Shown: positions 49,737 to 60,759, counted from the stretch's first letter. The stretch: 64,000 nucleotides of DNA from Lachnospiraceae bacterium (GCA_963604975.1 CAVCSC010000008.1:1167-65166); one strand, 5' to 3'. Notes: generated by a model not told the origin, from the sequence alone. Numbers and translations: made by a program.

Positions 49737-51086
49737 ATGAAAAAGAAACAAGTACTGGCCGCCTTCGCCGGAGCCTTGCTATTGTCATGCGCCACACCAC
49801 TATCGGCCCAGACCCAAGAAGAACCCGCCAAGCAAACAGACGAAAACATGGAATGGTTTGCCCAAGCCAAATTGGGCATATTCATACACTGGGGCATCTA
49901 CGCCGTCAACGGTGTATCTGAGAGTTGGTCGTTCTACAACAAATACCTGCCCTACGACGAGTACATGAAACAGTGCAAAGGCTTCACCGCCTCCAAGTAC
50001 GACCCCAAGACTTGGGTTGACCTCATCAAGGAAAGCGGTGCACGCTATACCGTCATCACCACCAAGCACCACGATGGCGTAGCCCTTTGGGACACCAAGG
50101 CAGGCACACTGAGTACCGTGAAGAGCACCCCTGCCAAGCGCGACCTCATCACGCCCTTTGTCAAGGAGGTACGGAAGCAGGGCCTCAAACTGGGTCTCTA
50201 CTACTCACTGCTCGACTGGTCGCACCCCGACTATCCCAACATGACCCGTACGGAAACCCGCTACAAGGACGACCCCGCACGCTGGAAACGCTTCGTCGAC
50301 TTCGACTTCGCCCAACTCAAGGAACTCAACACCCAATTCAAGTCCGACCTCTATTGGTTTGACGGCGACTGGGAACAAACCGCCGAAGCATGGAACTCCA
50401 AAGGCATCGTCAACCTTCTGCGCTCCACCAACCCCACCACCATCATCAACTCGCGCATACAAGGCTACGGCGACTATGCCACTCCCGAACAGGGTGTTCC
50501 CGTCGTACGTCCACAAGACAAATACTGGGAACTCTGCATGACGATGAACGACTCATGGGGCTACCAGCACGCCGACACCAACTACAAGTCGCCCTTCATC
50601 CTTCTGCGTACCTTCGTCGACTGCCTGAGCATGGGAGGCAACCTGCTGCTCGACATCGGCCCCAAGGCCGACGGCACCATTCCCGAAGAACAGATTGCCA
50701 CACTCAAAGAGTTCGGACGCTGGACCAAGAAGCACAAAGAAGCCATCTACGACACCCGTGCCGGCATCCCCGCCGAACATTTCCAGGGATACACCACACT
50801 CAACAAGGCCGGAGACATTCTCTACCTCTACCTGCCCTACAAGCCCAACGGCCCCATCGAGGTAAAAGGCGTGATGAACAAGGTCAACCGTGTATGGGTA
50901 GTCGGCGACGGCTCCATCATACCTTGGAAGGTCTACAACAAAAACTACTGGAGCGAAGTGCCCGGCAATCTCTACATCGACGTGCCCGAGAAATCGCTCG
51001 ACCCGCAGATTACCGTTGTCGCCGTACTACTCGACGGACCCATCAAACTCTACCGCGGCGTAGGCCAAGTGATAGAGAGCAACTGA
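49737..51086 (+). CDS. Alpha-L-fucosidase (GH29)
   Basis: WF..AKLGIFIHWG.Y, TTKHHDG, LYYSL.DW, WFDG, WE.CMT.N.SWGY, GNLLL.IGP; signal peptide; TAACTTTG at 49669-76. Confidence 0.93.
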   Translation: MKKKQVLAAFAGALLLSCATPLSAQTQEEPAKQTDENMEWFAQAKLGIFIHWGIYAVNGVSESWSFYNKYLPYDEYMKQCKGFTASKYDPKTWVDLIKESGARYTVITTKHHDGVALWDTKAGTLSTVKSTPAKRDLITPFVKEVRKQGLKLGLYYSLLDWSHPDYPNMTRTETRYKDDPARWKRFVDFDFAQLKELNTQFKSDLYWFDGDWEQTAEAWNSKGIVNLLRSTNPTTIINSRIQGYGDYATPEQGVPVVRPQDKYWELCMTMNDSWGYQHADTNYKSPFILLRTFVDCLSMGGNLLLDIGPKADGTIPEEQIATLKEFGRWTKKHKEAIYDTRAGIPAEHFQGYTTLNKAGDILYLYLPYKPNGPIEVKGVMNKVNRVWVVGDGSIIPWKVYNKNYWSEVPGNLYIDVPEKSLDPQITVVAVLLDGPIKLYRGVGQVIESN

Positions 51087-51115
51087 TAACAGCCCCCCAA
51101 AAAAAGAAAAACGTC

Positions 51116-52198
51116 ATGAACAAGAATATCATCACCACCGCCATCCTTGCCGCCGCTGCCATCCTTCCTGCAGCGGCCCAGCAGAGCCTGCTCGAAAAGT
51201 ATGCCCGCCAACTGACCATGCCCCGCAACTACGTATGCTATCGCACGTCTGAAAAGATAAAGATCGACGGAAAACTCAACGAGCGTGCCTGGCAGAAAGC
51301 CGCCGAGACCGAGTCGTTTGTCGATATCAGCGGCGAAGGTTTCCCCACTCCCAAATACGACACCAAGGCCCGCATGCTTTGGGATGACGACTACCTCTAT
51401 GTGTCGGCCGTCATGGAAGAACCCGACATCGTGGCCAACCTCACCGAGCACGACGCCATCATCTATCACGACAACGACTTCGAGGTGTTTATCGATCCCG
51501 ACGGCGACGGACACAACTATTTCGAGATCGAAAACAACGCACGCGGCGTCGTCTTCGACCTAATGCTCGACAAGGCCTACCGCTCGGGCGGCAACTTCAT
51601 GGTGCAGTGGGACTGCCCCGGCTTGCTCTTGGCCGTATCGCGCGATGGCACACTCAACAAGTCGACCGATACCGACCGCACATGGACCGTAGAGATGGCC
51701 ATCCCGCACAAGGCCGTCACCGTGAACTTCGACAATCCGCTGAAGGCCGGCAACACCTGGCGACTCAACTTCTCACGCGTAGAATGGCTCAAGAAGGGCG
51801 GACCGGAAGAAAACTGGGTATGGACACCGACCGGCAAGATCGACATGCACATGCCCGACCGCTGGGGCTTCCTCCAATTCTCCGACAAGACCGTCGGCGA
51901 GGGTACCGACACCTTCAAGGCTCCCTACCAGATGGATGTTTACCGTCTGCTTTGGGCCATGTTCTACGCCCAAATGGACCACCGCGCCAAGACCGGACAG
52001 TTTGTCTGCTCCATCGACGGACTGGGACTGACTGACGCCGACTACGCCTCACTGCCGCAAGGCTGCAATATCGATATGGAAGCCACAGCCGGAGCATTCC
52101 GCATCGGCATACGCTCGGCATCGGAAAAGATGAAATATACGGTAGACCAGAACGGCAAGTTCACCCGTACGACCACCGAACCTGAAAAGAAGAAATAA
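51116..52198 (+). CDS. CBM9-like carbohydrate-binding domain protein (secreted)
   Basis: [42 protein letters not shown]; start MNKNII with signal peptide. Confidence 0.8.
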   Translation: MNKNIITTAILAAAAILPAAAQQSLLEKYARQLTMPRNYVCYRTSEKIKIDGKLNERAWQKAAETESFVDISGEGFPTPKYDTKARMLWDDDYLYVSAVMEEPDIVANLTEHDAIIYHDNDFEVFIDPDGDGHNYFEIENNARGVVFDLMLDKAYRSGGNFMVQWDCPGLLLAVSRDGTLNKSTDTDRTWTVEMAIPHKAVTVNFDNPLKAGNTWRLNFSRVEWLKKGGPEENWVWTPTGKIDMHMPDRWGFLQFSDKTVGEGTDTFKAPYQMDVYRLLWAMFYAQMDHRAKTGQFVCSIDGLGLTDADYASLPQGCNIDMEATAGAFRIGIRSASEKMKYTVDQNGKFTRTTTEPEKKK

Positions 52199-52245
52199 AA
52201 AAAAGATCGTACCACGTTCTTCCACCGAAAGAAAACCACACGCAC

Positions 52246-53496
52246 ATGAACAGAAAGAAAACCCTCCTTGCCGCCCTTACGGTTATGCTCCTTCCGGCTT
52301 CGGCACTTGCCTCCAGCCATAAGGAATATGCTGCCGTAGGCGACACCCATATCACCGTATTCGACAAGACCAACGTACACTTCGACCCAAACCGTATCGG
52401 CAACTACGCAGAAGCCGGTGCCGACGGTATCATACGCCTGGTCAACGGACGCATCATCCTCAAGAAGATCACCATCCCCCGTTACCAGCGCAACGTCAAG
52501 GTCAGCGTCAAGGTGACCATTGCCTCCAACGGTGACCGTTGGGACAAGTCCGGATCTTGCTTCGTACTGCCCAAGCAGTCGGCCATCAACCTGATGTCCA
52601 TCGCCAAGGGCGAGAAGAGATTCCCTGCCATCGACACCACACAATATGAGCGGCTCGTCGGTGTGGTAGCCGGAAAAGACTATAAGCCGACCCTCGAACT
52701 GATGCGCTTCATGACTCCCTTCGGCGTAGGCCACTACAGTGCCAACAACGACACGCTCACCTCCAAGCGCCGCCCAGTATACATCCCCAAGTGGGAGCAG
52801 CAGGTAGAGTGGCAGCAAGACATCACCGACCTCTATCCCGCACTTGAAGGCGAGGCCTATGTTGGCGTGTTCATCGATACCTGGACCGAACCGGGCTATA
52901 TCGCCTCTGTCGCCCTCGACTTCAAGGAAAGCCCCATCTCCTGTGACAAGATGCCTGCACGCCACGTAGAATCGGTTGTCAACACGGTCTACTATATCGG
53001 TCAGGAATATCCCGACATCTTCGCTCGCAAACCGCTGACCACCACGTTCACCCTGCCGGCCAAAGCCAAGAACGTGCGACTGAAATACATCGTCACCGGA
53101 CATGGCGGTCATGACGGCGGCGACGAGTTCACTCCCAACGAGAACATCCTCTCGATAGACGGACACGAGATCTACCGTTTCACCCCCTGGAGAGACGACT
53201 GCGCATCGTTCCGCCGCTTCAATCCGGCCACCGGCGTATGGCTCATCCCGCGCAAGGCAGCCTACATCAGCGAAGACGGATATGCAGAGAAAGAGGTAGA
53301 AGAGCCCTTGGCTTCTTCCGACCTGTCACGCTCCAACTGGTGTCCGGGCAGCGATGTGTGGCCCGAGACCATCAGCCTCGGCAATATCTCAGCCGGACAG
53401 CATACGCTGACCATCAATATCCCCAAGGCCCAGCCCATCAAGGGTGACGAGATGAACCACTGGCTCGTTTCGGCCTACCTCGTATGGGAAGAATAG
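52246..53496 (+). CDS. Peptide-N-glycosidase F-like protein (secreted)
   Basis: [22 protein letters not shown]...[18 protein letters not shown]. Confidence 0.85.
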   Translation: MNRKKTLLAALTVMLLPASALASSHKEYAAVGDTHITVFDKTNVHFDPNRIGNYAEAGADGIIRLVNGRIILKKITIPRYQRNVKVSVKVTIASNGDRWDKSGSCFVLPKQSAINLMSIAKGEKRFPAIDTTQYERLVGVVAGKDYKPTLELMRFMTPFGVGHYSANNDTLTSKRRPVYIPKWEQQVEWQQDITDLYPALEGEAYVGVFIDTWTEPGYIASVALDFKESPISCDKMPARHVESVVNTVYYIGQEYPDIFARKPLTTTFTLPAKAKNVRLKYIVTGHGGHDGGDEFTPNENILSIDGHEIYRFTPWRDDCASFRRFNPATGVWLIPRKAAYISEDGYAEKEVEEPLASSDLSRSNWCPGSDVWPETISLGNISAGQHTLTINIPKAQPIKGDEMNHWLVSAYLVWEE

Positions 53497-53522
53497 AAAA
53501 CCTCTGAAGGCTGATTCTGAGA

Positions 53523-53620
53523 CCACAGAAAAAGAGCGCAGAAAAGCCCACAAAAAAACCCACAAAAAAACCGCAGAAAAGCCCACAGGAAAAGCCCGCA
53601 TAAAAAGCCCGCATAAAAAA
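53523..53620. repeat. Degenerate 12-13-bp tandem repeat (CCRCAKAAAA-like), about 8 units
   Basis: ccacagaaaaa gcgcagaaaa cccacaaaaaaa cccacaaaaaaa ccgcagaaaa cccacaggaaaa cccgcataaaaa cccgcataaaaaa. Confidence 0.7.
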
Positions 53621-53663
53621 GAGCGACAGACTATATTTAGGTCTGTCGCTCTTTTTTATGCGG
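53609..53663. terminator. Bidirectional terminator between convergent PNGase and trxA
   Basis: 23-bp perfect inverted repeat CCGCATAAAAAAGAGCGACAGAC / GTCTGTCGCTCTTTTTTATGCGG. Confidence 0.85.
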
Positions 53664-53715
53664 TTGTTGAAAAGGTGGATTTTCGCAACCCACCCATGAA
53701 TCACTTGAGCACTGC

Positions 53716-54030
53716 TTACAGCAGGGCCTCGAACTTCTCTTTCAGTTTGGCTTTGTTGGCAGCGCCGACGAATTTGTCGACCAGTTCCCCGCCCTTGAAG
53801 AACAGCAAGGTGGGCACGCTGCGTACACCGTAATCAACGGCGATATCGTCATTTTCCTCAATGTCGCACTTGCCGACAACGAGTTTGCCGTCGAACTCTT
53901 CTGCCAATTCCGACACGATGGGGCCGATCATGCGGCAGGGGCCGCACCATGTAGCCCACAGATCGACGACGAGGGGCAGTTCACCATTCTTGTAGGTCTC
54001 GAAATTTTCGGTTGTGATTTTTACTTCCAT
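53716..54030 (-). CDS. trxA: Thioredoxin
   Basis: WATWCGPC, VRSVPTLLFFK. Confidence 0.96.
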   Translation of the reverse strand: MEVKITTENFETYKNGELPLVVDLWATWCGPCRMIGPIVSELAEEFDGKLVVGKCDIEENDDIAVDYGVRSVPTLLFFKGGELVDKFVGAANKAKLKEKFEALL

Positions 54031-54113
54031 TTTATCGTTTGTTTATTGGTTATTGTCTGGATATTTTCATACAATGTACATCAAGCAAGAACAAACACCG
54101 TGCCAAAGGTGCA

Positions 54114-57100
54114 TCAGTTGATGAAGTAGTTGATACCGTTCTCGCCCGTTTCCTGTTTGAGATCGTCGAGACGGTCGAGCAACCGCTTGTTGATGTCTAC
54201 CTGCACCTTCCTACTGTGAAGCGGTATCTTGCAGTTGTGTTCCTTGTCTATCAGTTGGATATAGAGCGGCACATTTCCCTTCGACTCCTTGACTACGGAG
54301 AACAGACTCTCCATGGTCATCTCATCGAAAGCCCCCTCACCGATTGTGATTGTAAAACGCTCAATGCTTTTCTTCATCACATCGCTGAGAGACTCGATGC
54401 TCTGTATGCGCACCTCGTAACTGTTGCTGTTTTGGAAGCGCTGTACGCTTTTCGCCCGGATATAGATAGTGTACCCCTCCTGAAACCAGTTCGACCATCT
54501 GACCCACTCGTCACCGAAGAAGGCCAGTTCGCCGCTTCCCTCATAGTCTTCCATGGTGACAATGCCGTAAGGCTTGTTGGTCTTGGAAGAGAAGCGCGAA
54601 ACGACACTCTTGACGATGCCGCCGAAGGTCAGTTCCTCATACTTGGCCAGTTCCTGCTTGTCGGCATCGCGACCCAACTCACAGATATGCTTGTTGCACA
54701 TGTGTCTGAGCGCAAGGCTATAGTCATCGAGCGGATGGGCCGAGAGATAGATACCCACGAGGTCGCGCTCCTTGTTGAGTTTGTCGATGGTACTCCACTG
54801 CTCCGTCTTGGGGAACGGAGGCTTGGGCAGTTCGGCCGCCTCGTCGTCGCCGAACAGCGAGTTCTGTGCCTGCTGCCGCTCTAGTTGATAGAGTTGTCCG
54901 TAGCGCACGAGCAAGTCAAGGAAGGTGTCACCCTTGGGCGTGACACCGAAATACTGTTCACGCGGATGGCCGAAATTGTCGAAACCGCCGCTGAGCGCCA
55001 GACTCTCAAACGCCTTGCGGTTGACGGCCGACATGCTCACCCGCTGGGCGAAATTGTAGATATCGGTGTACGGCCCGTTCTTGTCGCGCTCCTCAATGAT
55101 GGCCTGTGCAGCAGCATCGCCCATACCCTTGATAGCAGAGAGACCGAAACGTATCTCGCCCTTCTTGTTGGCAGAGAATTTCTGTCGGCTCTCGTTCACG
55201 TCAGGTCCGAGACAGGGTATACCCATCGCCTGACACTCACTCATGAGTTTGGTGATCTTGCCGATATCATTGATACACCGGCTCATGTTGCCGGCCATAA
55301 ATTCAGCGGGATAGTGCGCCTTGAGATAAGCCGTCTGGTAGGCCACCCACGAATAGCAGGTAGCGTGACTCTTGTTGAAGGCATAGGAGGCAAATTTCTC
55401 CCAGTCGCCCCATATCTTTTCGAGTACCTTGGGATCGTGTCCGTTGCTGACACCGCCATTGATAAACTTAGGCTTCATCGCGTCGACGATGGCTTTCTTC
55501 TTCTTACCCATGGCCTTGCGCAGTGCGTCAGACTCGCCTCGGGTGAAGTTGGCCAACTGTCGCGAGAGGAGCATGACCTGCTCCTGGTAGACCGTGATGC
55601 CGTAGGTATCCTTGAGATAGCGCTCCATGCACGGTATGTCGTAGGTGATCTCCTCTTGTCCGTTCTTTCGCTTGATAAACGAGGGAATATAGTCCATCGG
55701 ACCCGGACGGTAGAGGGCATTCATGGCGATAAGGTCTTCAAACACCGTGGGATGCAACTCCCGCAGGTATTTCTGCATACCTGCCGACTCAAACTGGAAC
55801 GTACCGACCGTGCGGCCCTCCTGGTAGAGTTTGTAGGTGAGTTCGTCGTCTATGGGTATGGTATCAAGGTCGACGGTGATGCCACGCGTCAACCGTATGT
55901 TCTCCACGGCCTCCTTCATGATGGAGAGGGTCGACAGACCGAGGAAGTCCATCTTGATCAGTCCGGTCTCCTCGATGACGTGGCCGTCATACTGTGTGGC
56001 CAGCAACTTGTGACCGGGGTCAGACTTGTCCTCGGCCGTGGAGACGGGCACCCAGTCGGAGATGGCATCGCGGCAGATGATCGTTCCACAGGCATGTATA
56101 CCCGTACCGCGCACCGTGCCCTCAAGCATCTTGGCATACTTGATGGTATTGCGCATCTTAATGTCGGGACTGGCCTCCGCCTCCCGCAGCTCGGGCACAT
56201 ACTTGATGGCGTTGGGCAGGTTCATCTTCACGTTGTTGCCCTTCTCGTCAGTGAGTTTGTCGGGGATGGCCTTGCACAGGCGGTTGGAGATGTCGAGAGG
56301 CAGTTTCTCCACACGCGCCACGTCCTTGATGGAGTTTTTCGTCGCCATCGTACCGTAGGTGATGATGTGCGCCACCTTGTCGTGTCCGTACTTGTCTTCC
56401 ACCCACTCCAGCACGCGGCCACGGCCGTCGTCATCGAAGTCGGTATCGATATCGGGAAGGGAGATACGGTCGGGATTGAGGAAACGCTCAAACAGCAGGT
56501 CGTACTTGATGGGGTCTATCTTCGTGATACCCAAGCAATAGGCCACCACCGAACCGGCTGCACTACCACGTCCGGGGCCTACCATGACCCCGAGTTCGTC
56601 GCGGGCGGAATTGATGAAGTCCTGCACAATCAAGAAGTAGCCCGGGAAACCCATCGTCTTCATGATATGCAACTCAAACTTCACACGCTCGTGCACATCG
56701 TCGGGCAGCGGGTCGCCGTAGAGACGACGTGCACCGTCATAAGCCAGTTTGGCCAAATAGTCGGCCTCAAACTTGATGCGGTATATTTTCTCGATGCCGC
56801 CAAGTTTCTTGATCTTGGCCTCGGCATCTTCCTGTGACATGATGTCATTGCCGTTCTCGTCGGTGGTAAACTCGCGGAACAGTTGTTCGGGAGTGAACTT
56901 CCGCCGGGTGTCCTCCTCCGTACCAAACTCTTCGGGTATGGGGAAGAAGGGCATGATGGGAGCATGGTCGATGCTATACATCTCCACTTTGTCAAGTATC
57001 TCCAGCGTGTTCGACAGGGCAAAGGGCACGTCGGAGAAGACAGTGTTCATCTCTTCCCGTGTCTTAAACCACTCCTGCTTGGAGTAGAGCATACGGTTGG

Positions 57101-57863
57101 GGTCGTCAAGATCCTTGCCGGTAGAGAGACAGAGCAGATGGTCGTGGGCCTCGGCATTCTCCTGGTCGACAAAGTGGGCATCGTTGGTACAGACCACCTT
57201 GATACCATACTCCTGCGCCAGTTCGAGTATCACCTTGTTGGCCTTCTGCTGCAAGGGGAACGTCTCGCGATTGGCCCGCTGATGAGGGTCGGTCACCTCG
57301 TGACGCTGTATCTCCAGATAGTAGTCGTCGCCAAAAAGTCCTTTGTACCACTCTATAGCCTCGCGCGCTCCTGCGATATCGTCCTGCAATATCTTGGCAG
57401 GCACCTCACCGGCGATACAAGCCGAGCAGACAATGAGATCCTCGTGATATTTCTCCAGATCGGCCCGGTCGGTACGCGGACGCATATAGTAGCCGTCGAC
57501 CCACGCACGCGAAACCAGTTTGATAAGGTTTTTGTAGCCGTTGTAGTTCTTGGCCAGCACGATGAGGTGGTAACCACTCATGTCGCCCTTTTCGCGCTGG
57601 CGGTCTTCCTTCCGGCGATGGGCTACATACATCTCGCATCCGAAGATAGGCTTGAACGGTTCCTTGCCTTCCTCCTTGCGTTTTTTGTTGACTCCATTGC
57701 AGTAGTTGTAGAGTTCCTTGACACCGAACATATTGCCGTGGTCGGTGATGGCCATACCGCGCATACCGTTGGCGATAGCCTTGTCGACAAGTTTGGATAT
57801 GCTCGACTGTCCGTCGAGAATGGAGTAGTAAGTATGGACGTGTAGATGTACGAAATCTTCCAT
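54114..57863 (-). CDS. dnaE: DNA polymerase III alpha subunit
   Basis: FVHLHVHT.YS.LDG (PHP), GPGRGSAAGS, PDIDTDF, KMDFLGL, YAFNKSH, C-terminal OB fold. Confidence 0.97.
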   Translation of the reverse strand: MEDFVHLHVHTYYSILDGQSSISKLVDKAIANGMRGMAITDHGNMFGVKELYNYCNGVNKKRKEEGKEPFKPIFGCEMYVAHRRKEDRQREKGDMSGYHLIVLAKNYNGYKNLIKLVSRAWVDGYYMRPRTDRADLEKYHEDLIVCSACIAGEVPAKILQDDIAGAREAIEWYKGLFGDDYYLEIQRHEVTDPHQRANRETFPLQQKANKVILELAQEYGIKVVCTNDAHFVDQENAEAHDHLLCLSTGKDLDDPNRMLYSKQEWFKTREEMNTVFSDVPFALSNTLEILDKVEMYSIDHAPIMPFFPIPEEFGTEEDTRRKFTPEQLFREFTTDENGNDIMSQEDAEAKIKKLGGIEKIYRIKFEADYLAKLAYDGARRLYGDPLPDDVHERVKFELHIMKTMGFPGYFLIVQDFINSARDELGVMVGPGRGSAAGSVVAYCLGITKIDPIKYDLLFERFLNPDRISLPDIDTDFDDDGRGRVLEWVEDKYGHDKVAHIITYGTMATKNSIKDVARVEKLPLDISNRLCKAIPDKLTDEKGNNVKMNLPNAIKYVPELREAEASPDIKMRNTIKYAKMLEGTVRGTGIHACGTIICRDAISDWVPVSTAEDKSDPGHKLLATQYDGHVIEETGLIKMDFLGLSTLSIMKEAVENIRLTRGITVDLDTIPIDDELTYKLYQEGRTVGTFQFESAGMQKYLRELHPTVFEDLIAMNALYRPGPMDYIPSFIKRKNGQEEITYDIPCMERYLKDTYGITVYQEQVMLLSRQLANFTRGESDALRKAMGKKKKAIVDAMKPKFINGGVSNGHDPKVLEKIWGDWEKFASYAFNKSHATCYSWVAYQTAYLKAHYPAEFMAGNMSRCINDIGKITKLMSECQAMGIPCLGPDVNESRQKFSANKKGEIRFGLSAIKGMGDAAAQAIIEERDKNGPYTDIYNFAQRVSMSAVNRKAFESLALSGGFDNFGHPREQYFGVTPKGDTFLDLLVRYGQLYQLERQQAQNSLFGDDEAAELPKPPFPKTEQWSTIDKLNKERDLVGIYLSAHPLDDYSLALRHMCNKHICELGRDADKQELAKYEELTFGGIVKSVVSRFSSKTNKPYGIVTMEDYEGSGELAFFGDEWVRWSNWFQEGYTIYIRAKSVQRFQNSNSYEVRIQSIESLSDVMKKSIERFTITIGEGAFDEMTMESLFSVVKESKGNVPLYIQLIDKEHNCKIPLHSRKVQVDINKRLLDRLDDLKQETGENGINYFIN

Positions 57864-58134
57864 TTTCCGGATGCTATAGATGCTAAAGGCAGATACTAAA
57901 AAATTCCCGCCGCAAACAAAATAATCATGACGGGTTGTGTTTTGGAACCCACCCAAATTGGAATTCAAAGTTAAGTCTTAAAAACGAGATAGCCAAAAGA
58001 ATAACACAAAAACTTGTGCAGTCAGCAAAAAACGAGTACCTTTGCAAAACGTGGCCGCCACAATGGTCTGCCGCAGTTGCGGCACAGAACAAATATTCAC
58101 CATACAATACCGATTCCCGGGATTTCAACGCCTC

Positions 58135-58851
58135 ATGATCAAGCGCATCAGGAAATTCAAAAAAATACGTCTCCACCGCGAGGGCACCGACACGCTGCTC
58201 TACGGATTTATCTTTATTGCCGCCGTAGCCCTCTTGCTTTGGCGTTGTTTCGATACCAAAATTCCGTTTTGGGCATTTGTCGCTGTCTTCGGCGTTGTCT
58301 ATGGTATCGTCATCAACTTTTTCCGTTGCCCCATACGTTATTTTCCGCAGGAAGACACCGACGGCATTGTCGTGGCTCCCGCCGACGGCCATATTGTGGT
58401 CATCGAGGAAGTGGAGGAGACCAAGTATTTTCACGAGCGTCGCAAGATGGTCAGCATCTTCATGAGTCTGTTCAACGTGCATGCCAACTGGTTTCCCGTT
58501 GACGGCCGTGTGAAACTCGTCCATCACGAGAACGGCAACTACCACAAGGCCTGGTTGCCCAAAGCCAGCGAAGAGAACGAGCACGCCGATGTCATCATCA
58601 CCACCCCCGACGGCACCGATATCCTCTGCCGTCAGATAGCCGGAGCCGTAGCACGCCGTATCGTCACCTACGCCAAGGAAGGCGAAGACTGCTACATCGA
58701 CGAGCACTTGGGCTTCATCAAGTTTGGTTCGCGCGTTGACGTATACCTCCCCCTCGATGCCGAGATATGCGTAAAGATGGGACAGAACACCACCGGCGAC
58801 CAGACGGTCATTGCCAAGTTACATCCCCACACAGAACAGGAGAACGCGTAA
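58135..58851 (+). CDS. psd: Phosphatidylserine decarboxylase proenzyme
   Basis: [35 protein letters not shown] (self-cleavage site); TACCTTTG at 58037-44. Confidence 0.93.
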   Translation: MIKRIRKFKKIRLHREGTDTLLYGFIFIAAVALLLWRCFDTKIPFWAFVAVFGVVYGIVINFFRCPIRYFPQEDTDGIVVAPADGHIVVIEEVEETKYFHERRKMVSIFMSLFNVHANWFPVDGRVKLVHHENGNYHKAWLPKASEENEHADVIITTPDGTDILCRQIAGAVARRIVTYAKEGEDCYIDEHLGFIKFGSRVDVYLPLDAEICVKMGQNTTGDQTVIAKLHPHTEQENA

Positions 58852-58941
58852 CGGCGCGCGACCGACACCCCGGACAAGCGCGTCCCGAACGCTACCACAA
58901 CGGTATGCAAGAACCGTAATTTTCCAAGAAAGGAAAAGACT

Positions 58942-59667
58942 ATGTCCAAATTCATCACCAAAAACATCCCCAACACACTCACTTGCTGCAACCTCATCTC
59001 GGGTTGCGTGGCAACGAGTTACGCTTTCTCAGCCGATGCCCGGATGGCCCTCATTTGGATTATCATCGGCGCCGTATTCGACTTCTACGACGGCATGAGC
59101 GCACGCCTGTTGCACGTATCTTCCCCTATCGGCAAAGAACTCGACTCACTGGCCGATGACATCACCTTCGGCGTAGCCCCCTCCACCATTCTTTTCTCCG
59201 AACTGGCCATCGCCGAATACCCCGCTTTCCTTGATTCCATAAGAGACCTCATACCCTACGCCGCCTTTATCATGGCCGCCTTCTCGGCCCTGCGTCTGGC
59301 CAAATTCAACCTTGACACCCGCCAGACCACATCATTTATCGGCATGCCCACCCCTGCCAACGCCCTCTTTTGGGGTTCGCTCATCGCCTCACGCCCCTGG
59401 GACTGCCTCGGCAGCCTGCCTGCCGGAACGGTTGCCCTTGGTCTCATCATCCTTATGCTCGCTTGCAGCCTACTACTCGTCTGCGAGTTGCCGATGTTCG
59501 CCCTCAAGTTCAAGCAGTGGGCATGGCGCGGCAACGAGATCCGCTACGGCTTCATGATTGCCTCAGCAGTGCTCATCTGCATTTTCGGCTTCATCCAAAG
59601 TTTCTGGATGATCACCCTTCTTTACCTCGTCATTTCCGTCATCAGCGACAAGCGTCAGGCCCACTGA
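58942..59667 (+). CDS. pssA: CDP-diacylglycerol--serine O-phosphatidyltransferase
   Basis: IPNTLT..NL, DFYDG..AR.....G.ELDSLAD..FGVAP, LRLAKFN, F.G.P.P. Confidence 0.93.
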   Translation: MSKFITKNIPNTLTCCNLISGCVATSYAFSADARMALIWIIIGAVFDFYDGMSARLLHVSSPIGKELDSLADDITFGVAPSTILFSELAIAEYPAFLDSIRDLIPYAAFIMAAFSALRLAKFNLDTRQTTSFIGMPTPANALFWGSLIASRPWDCLGSLPAGTVALGLIILMLACSLLLVCELPMFALKFKQWAWRGNEIRYGFMIASAVLICIFGFIQSFWMITLLYLVISVISDKRQAH

Positions 59668-59821
59668 CCAGCCCATGCGCTTGCAGCCGGATTTTTCTTC
59701 CGCATCCAACATACGCAATAGGCTCAAGATACGGGTCAAGTTAATAGTAGTTAATCCGTTGTCCGACCGAGGATTTTTTTGTTACTTTGCATGAAATTCG
59801 GCGTATTATAGCCTTTTTAAG

Positions 59822-60700
59822 ATGAGAAAAAGACAGAAACCGACCCGCAGCCGCCAAGGACTGCAGGCCATTACACTATGTATCAGTACCGCCCTGGTAC
59901 TAATTTTATTGGGATTGGTCGTATTCTCCGTACTGACCGCACGCAATCTTTCCGCCTATGTACGGCAGAACATCGTGGTGACCATGATGCTACAAGACGA
60001 CATGACCCCCACCGAGGCGCAGCGCTTCTGCCACCGTCTACAACAACGCCCCTACATCAATCACCTCGAATACATCAGCAAGGAGCAGGCCCTCAAGGAG
60101 GGTACACAGACACTGGGCACCGATCCCAGTGAGTTTGCCGATGTTAACCCCTTCCTTTCCTCCATCGAAATCACACTGAAGGCCGACTACGCCAACAGCG
60201 ACTCCCTGCGTACCATCTCCACCGAACTGAAAGCCTACCCCAAGGTCAGTCAGGTGAAATACCAGAAAGACCTCATCGACAGCGTCAATGCCAACATCGC
60301 CAAAATCAGCATCGTGCTACTGACATTGGCCGTGCTGCTGACCATCATCTCTTTCTCACTCATCAACAACACCGTACGCTTGGGCATCTACGCTCGCCGG
60401 TTCTCGATACACACCATGAAACTGGTCGGAGCCTCCTGGGGCTTCATCCGCTGGCCGTTTGTCCGCCAGGCCATGTGCATCGGACTGTTGTCCGCTATCC
60501 TGGCCTGCGCCGTCCTTGCCGGCGGTTTTTACCTGCTCTACACCCACGAACCGGAAATCCTTGAGATACTCACTTGGGACGTCGGCGCCATCACCGCCGC
60601 CACCGTCTTTGCCTGCGGCATCATCATCACCGGCATCTGCGCCACCATCTCCGTCAACAAGTTTCTGCGGATGAAGGCCGGCGACCTCTACAAGATCTGA
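59822..60700 (+). CDS. ftsX: Cell division protein FtsX
   Basis: TM + periplasmic domain (YISKEQAL, NP), NNTVRL.I.ARR..I.TMKLVGA...FIR.PF. Confidence 0.92.
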   Translation: MRKRQKPTRSRQGLQAITLCISTALVLILLGLVVFSVLTARNLSAYVRQNIVVTMMLQDDMTPTEAQRFCHRLQQRPYINHLEYISKEQALKEGTQTLGTDPSEFADVNPFLSSIEITLKADYANSDSLRTISTELKAYPKVSQVKYQKDLIDSVNANIAKISIVLLTLAVLLTIISFSLINNTVRLGIYARRFSIHTMKLVGASWGFIRWPFVRQAMCIGLLSAILACAVLAGGFYLLYTHEPEILEILTWDVGAITAATVFACGIIITGICATISVNKFLRMKAGDLYKI

Positions 60701-60759
60701 TGCTACAAAGGTCTGACGCCACAGTTTCAGGATACGCAACTACAAAAAAACAGAAATAT

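Noticed and set aside
50390..51115. N-terminal 242 aa of the listed 602-aa ORF
   Set aside because: Alternative frame over the fucosidase gene; the real start with a signal peptide is at 51116.
54885..56837. 650-aa plus-strand ORF
   Set aside because: Antisense shadow of dnaE; biased codon usage suppresses antisense stops and no motifs are recognisable.
56760..56935. Insertion in DnaE between PHP and polymerase domains, possible intein
   Set aside because: Short, lacks N-terminal Cys/Ser and C-terminal His-Asn intein motifs; looks like a lineage-typical insert.
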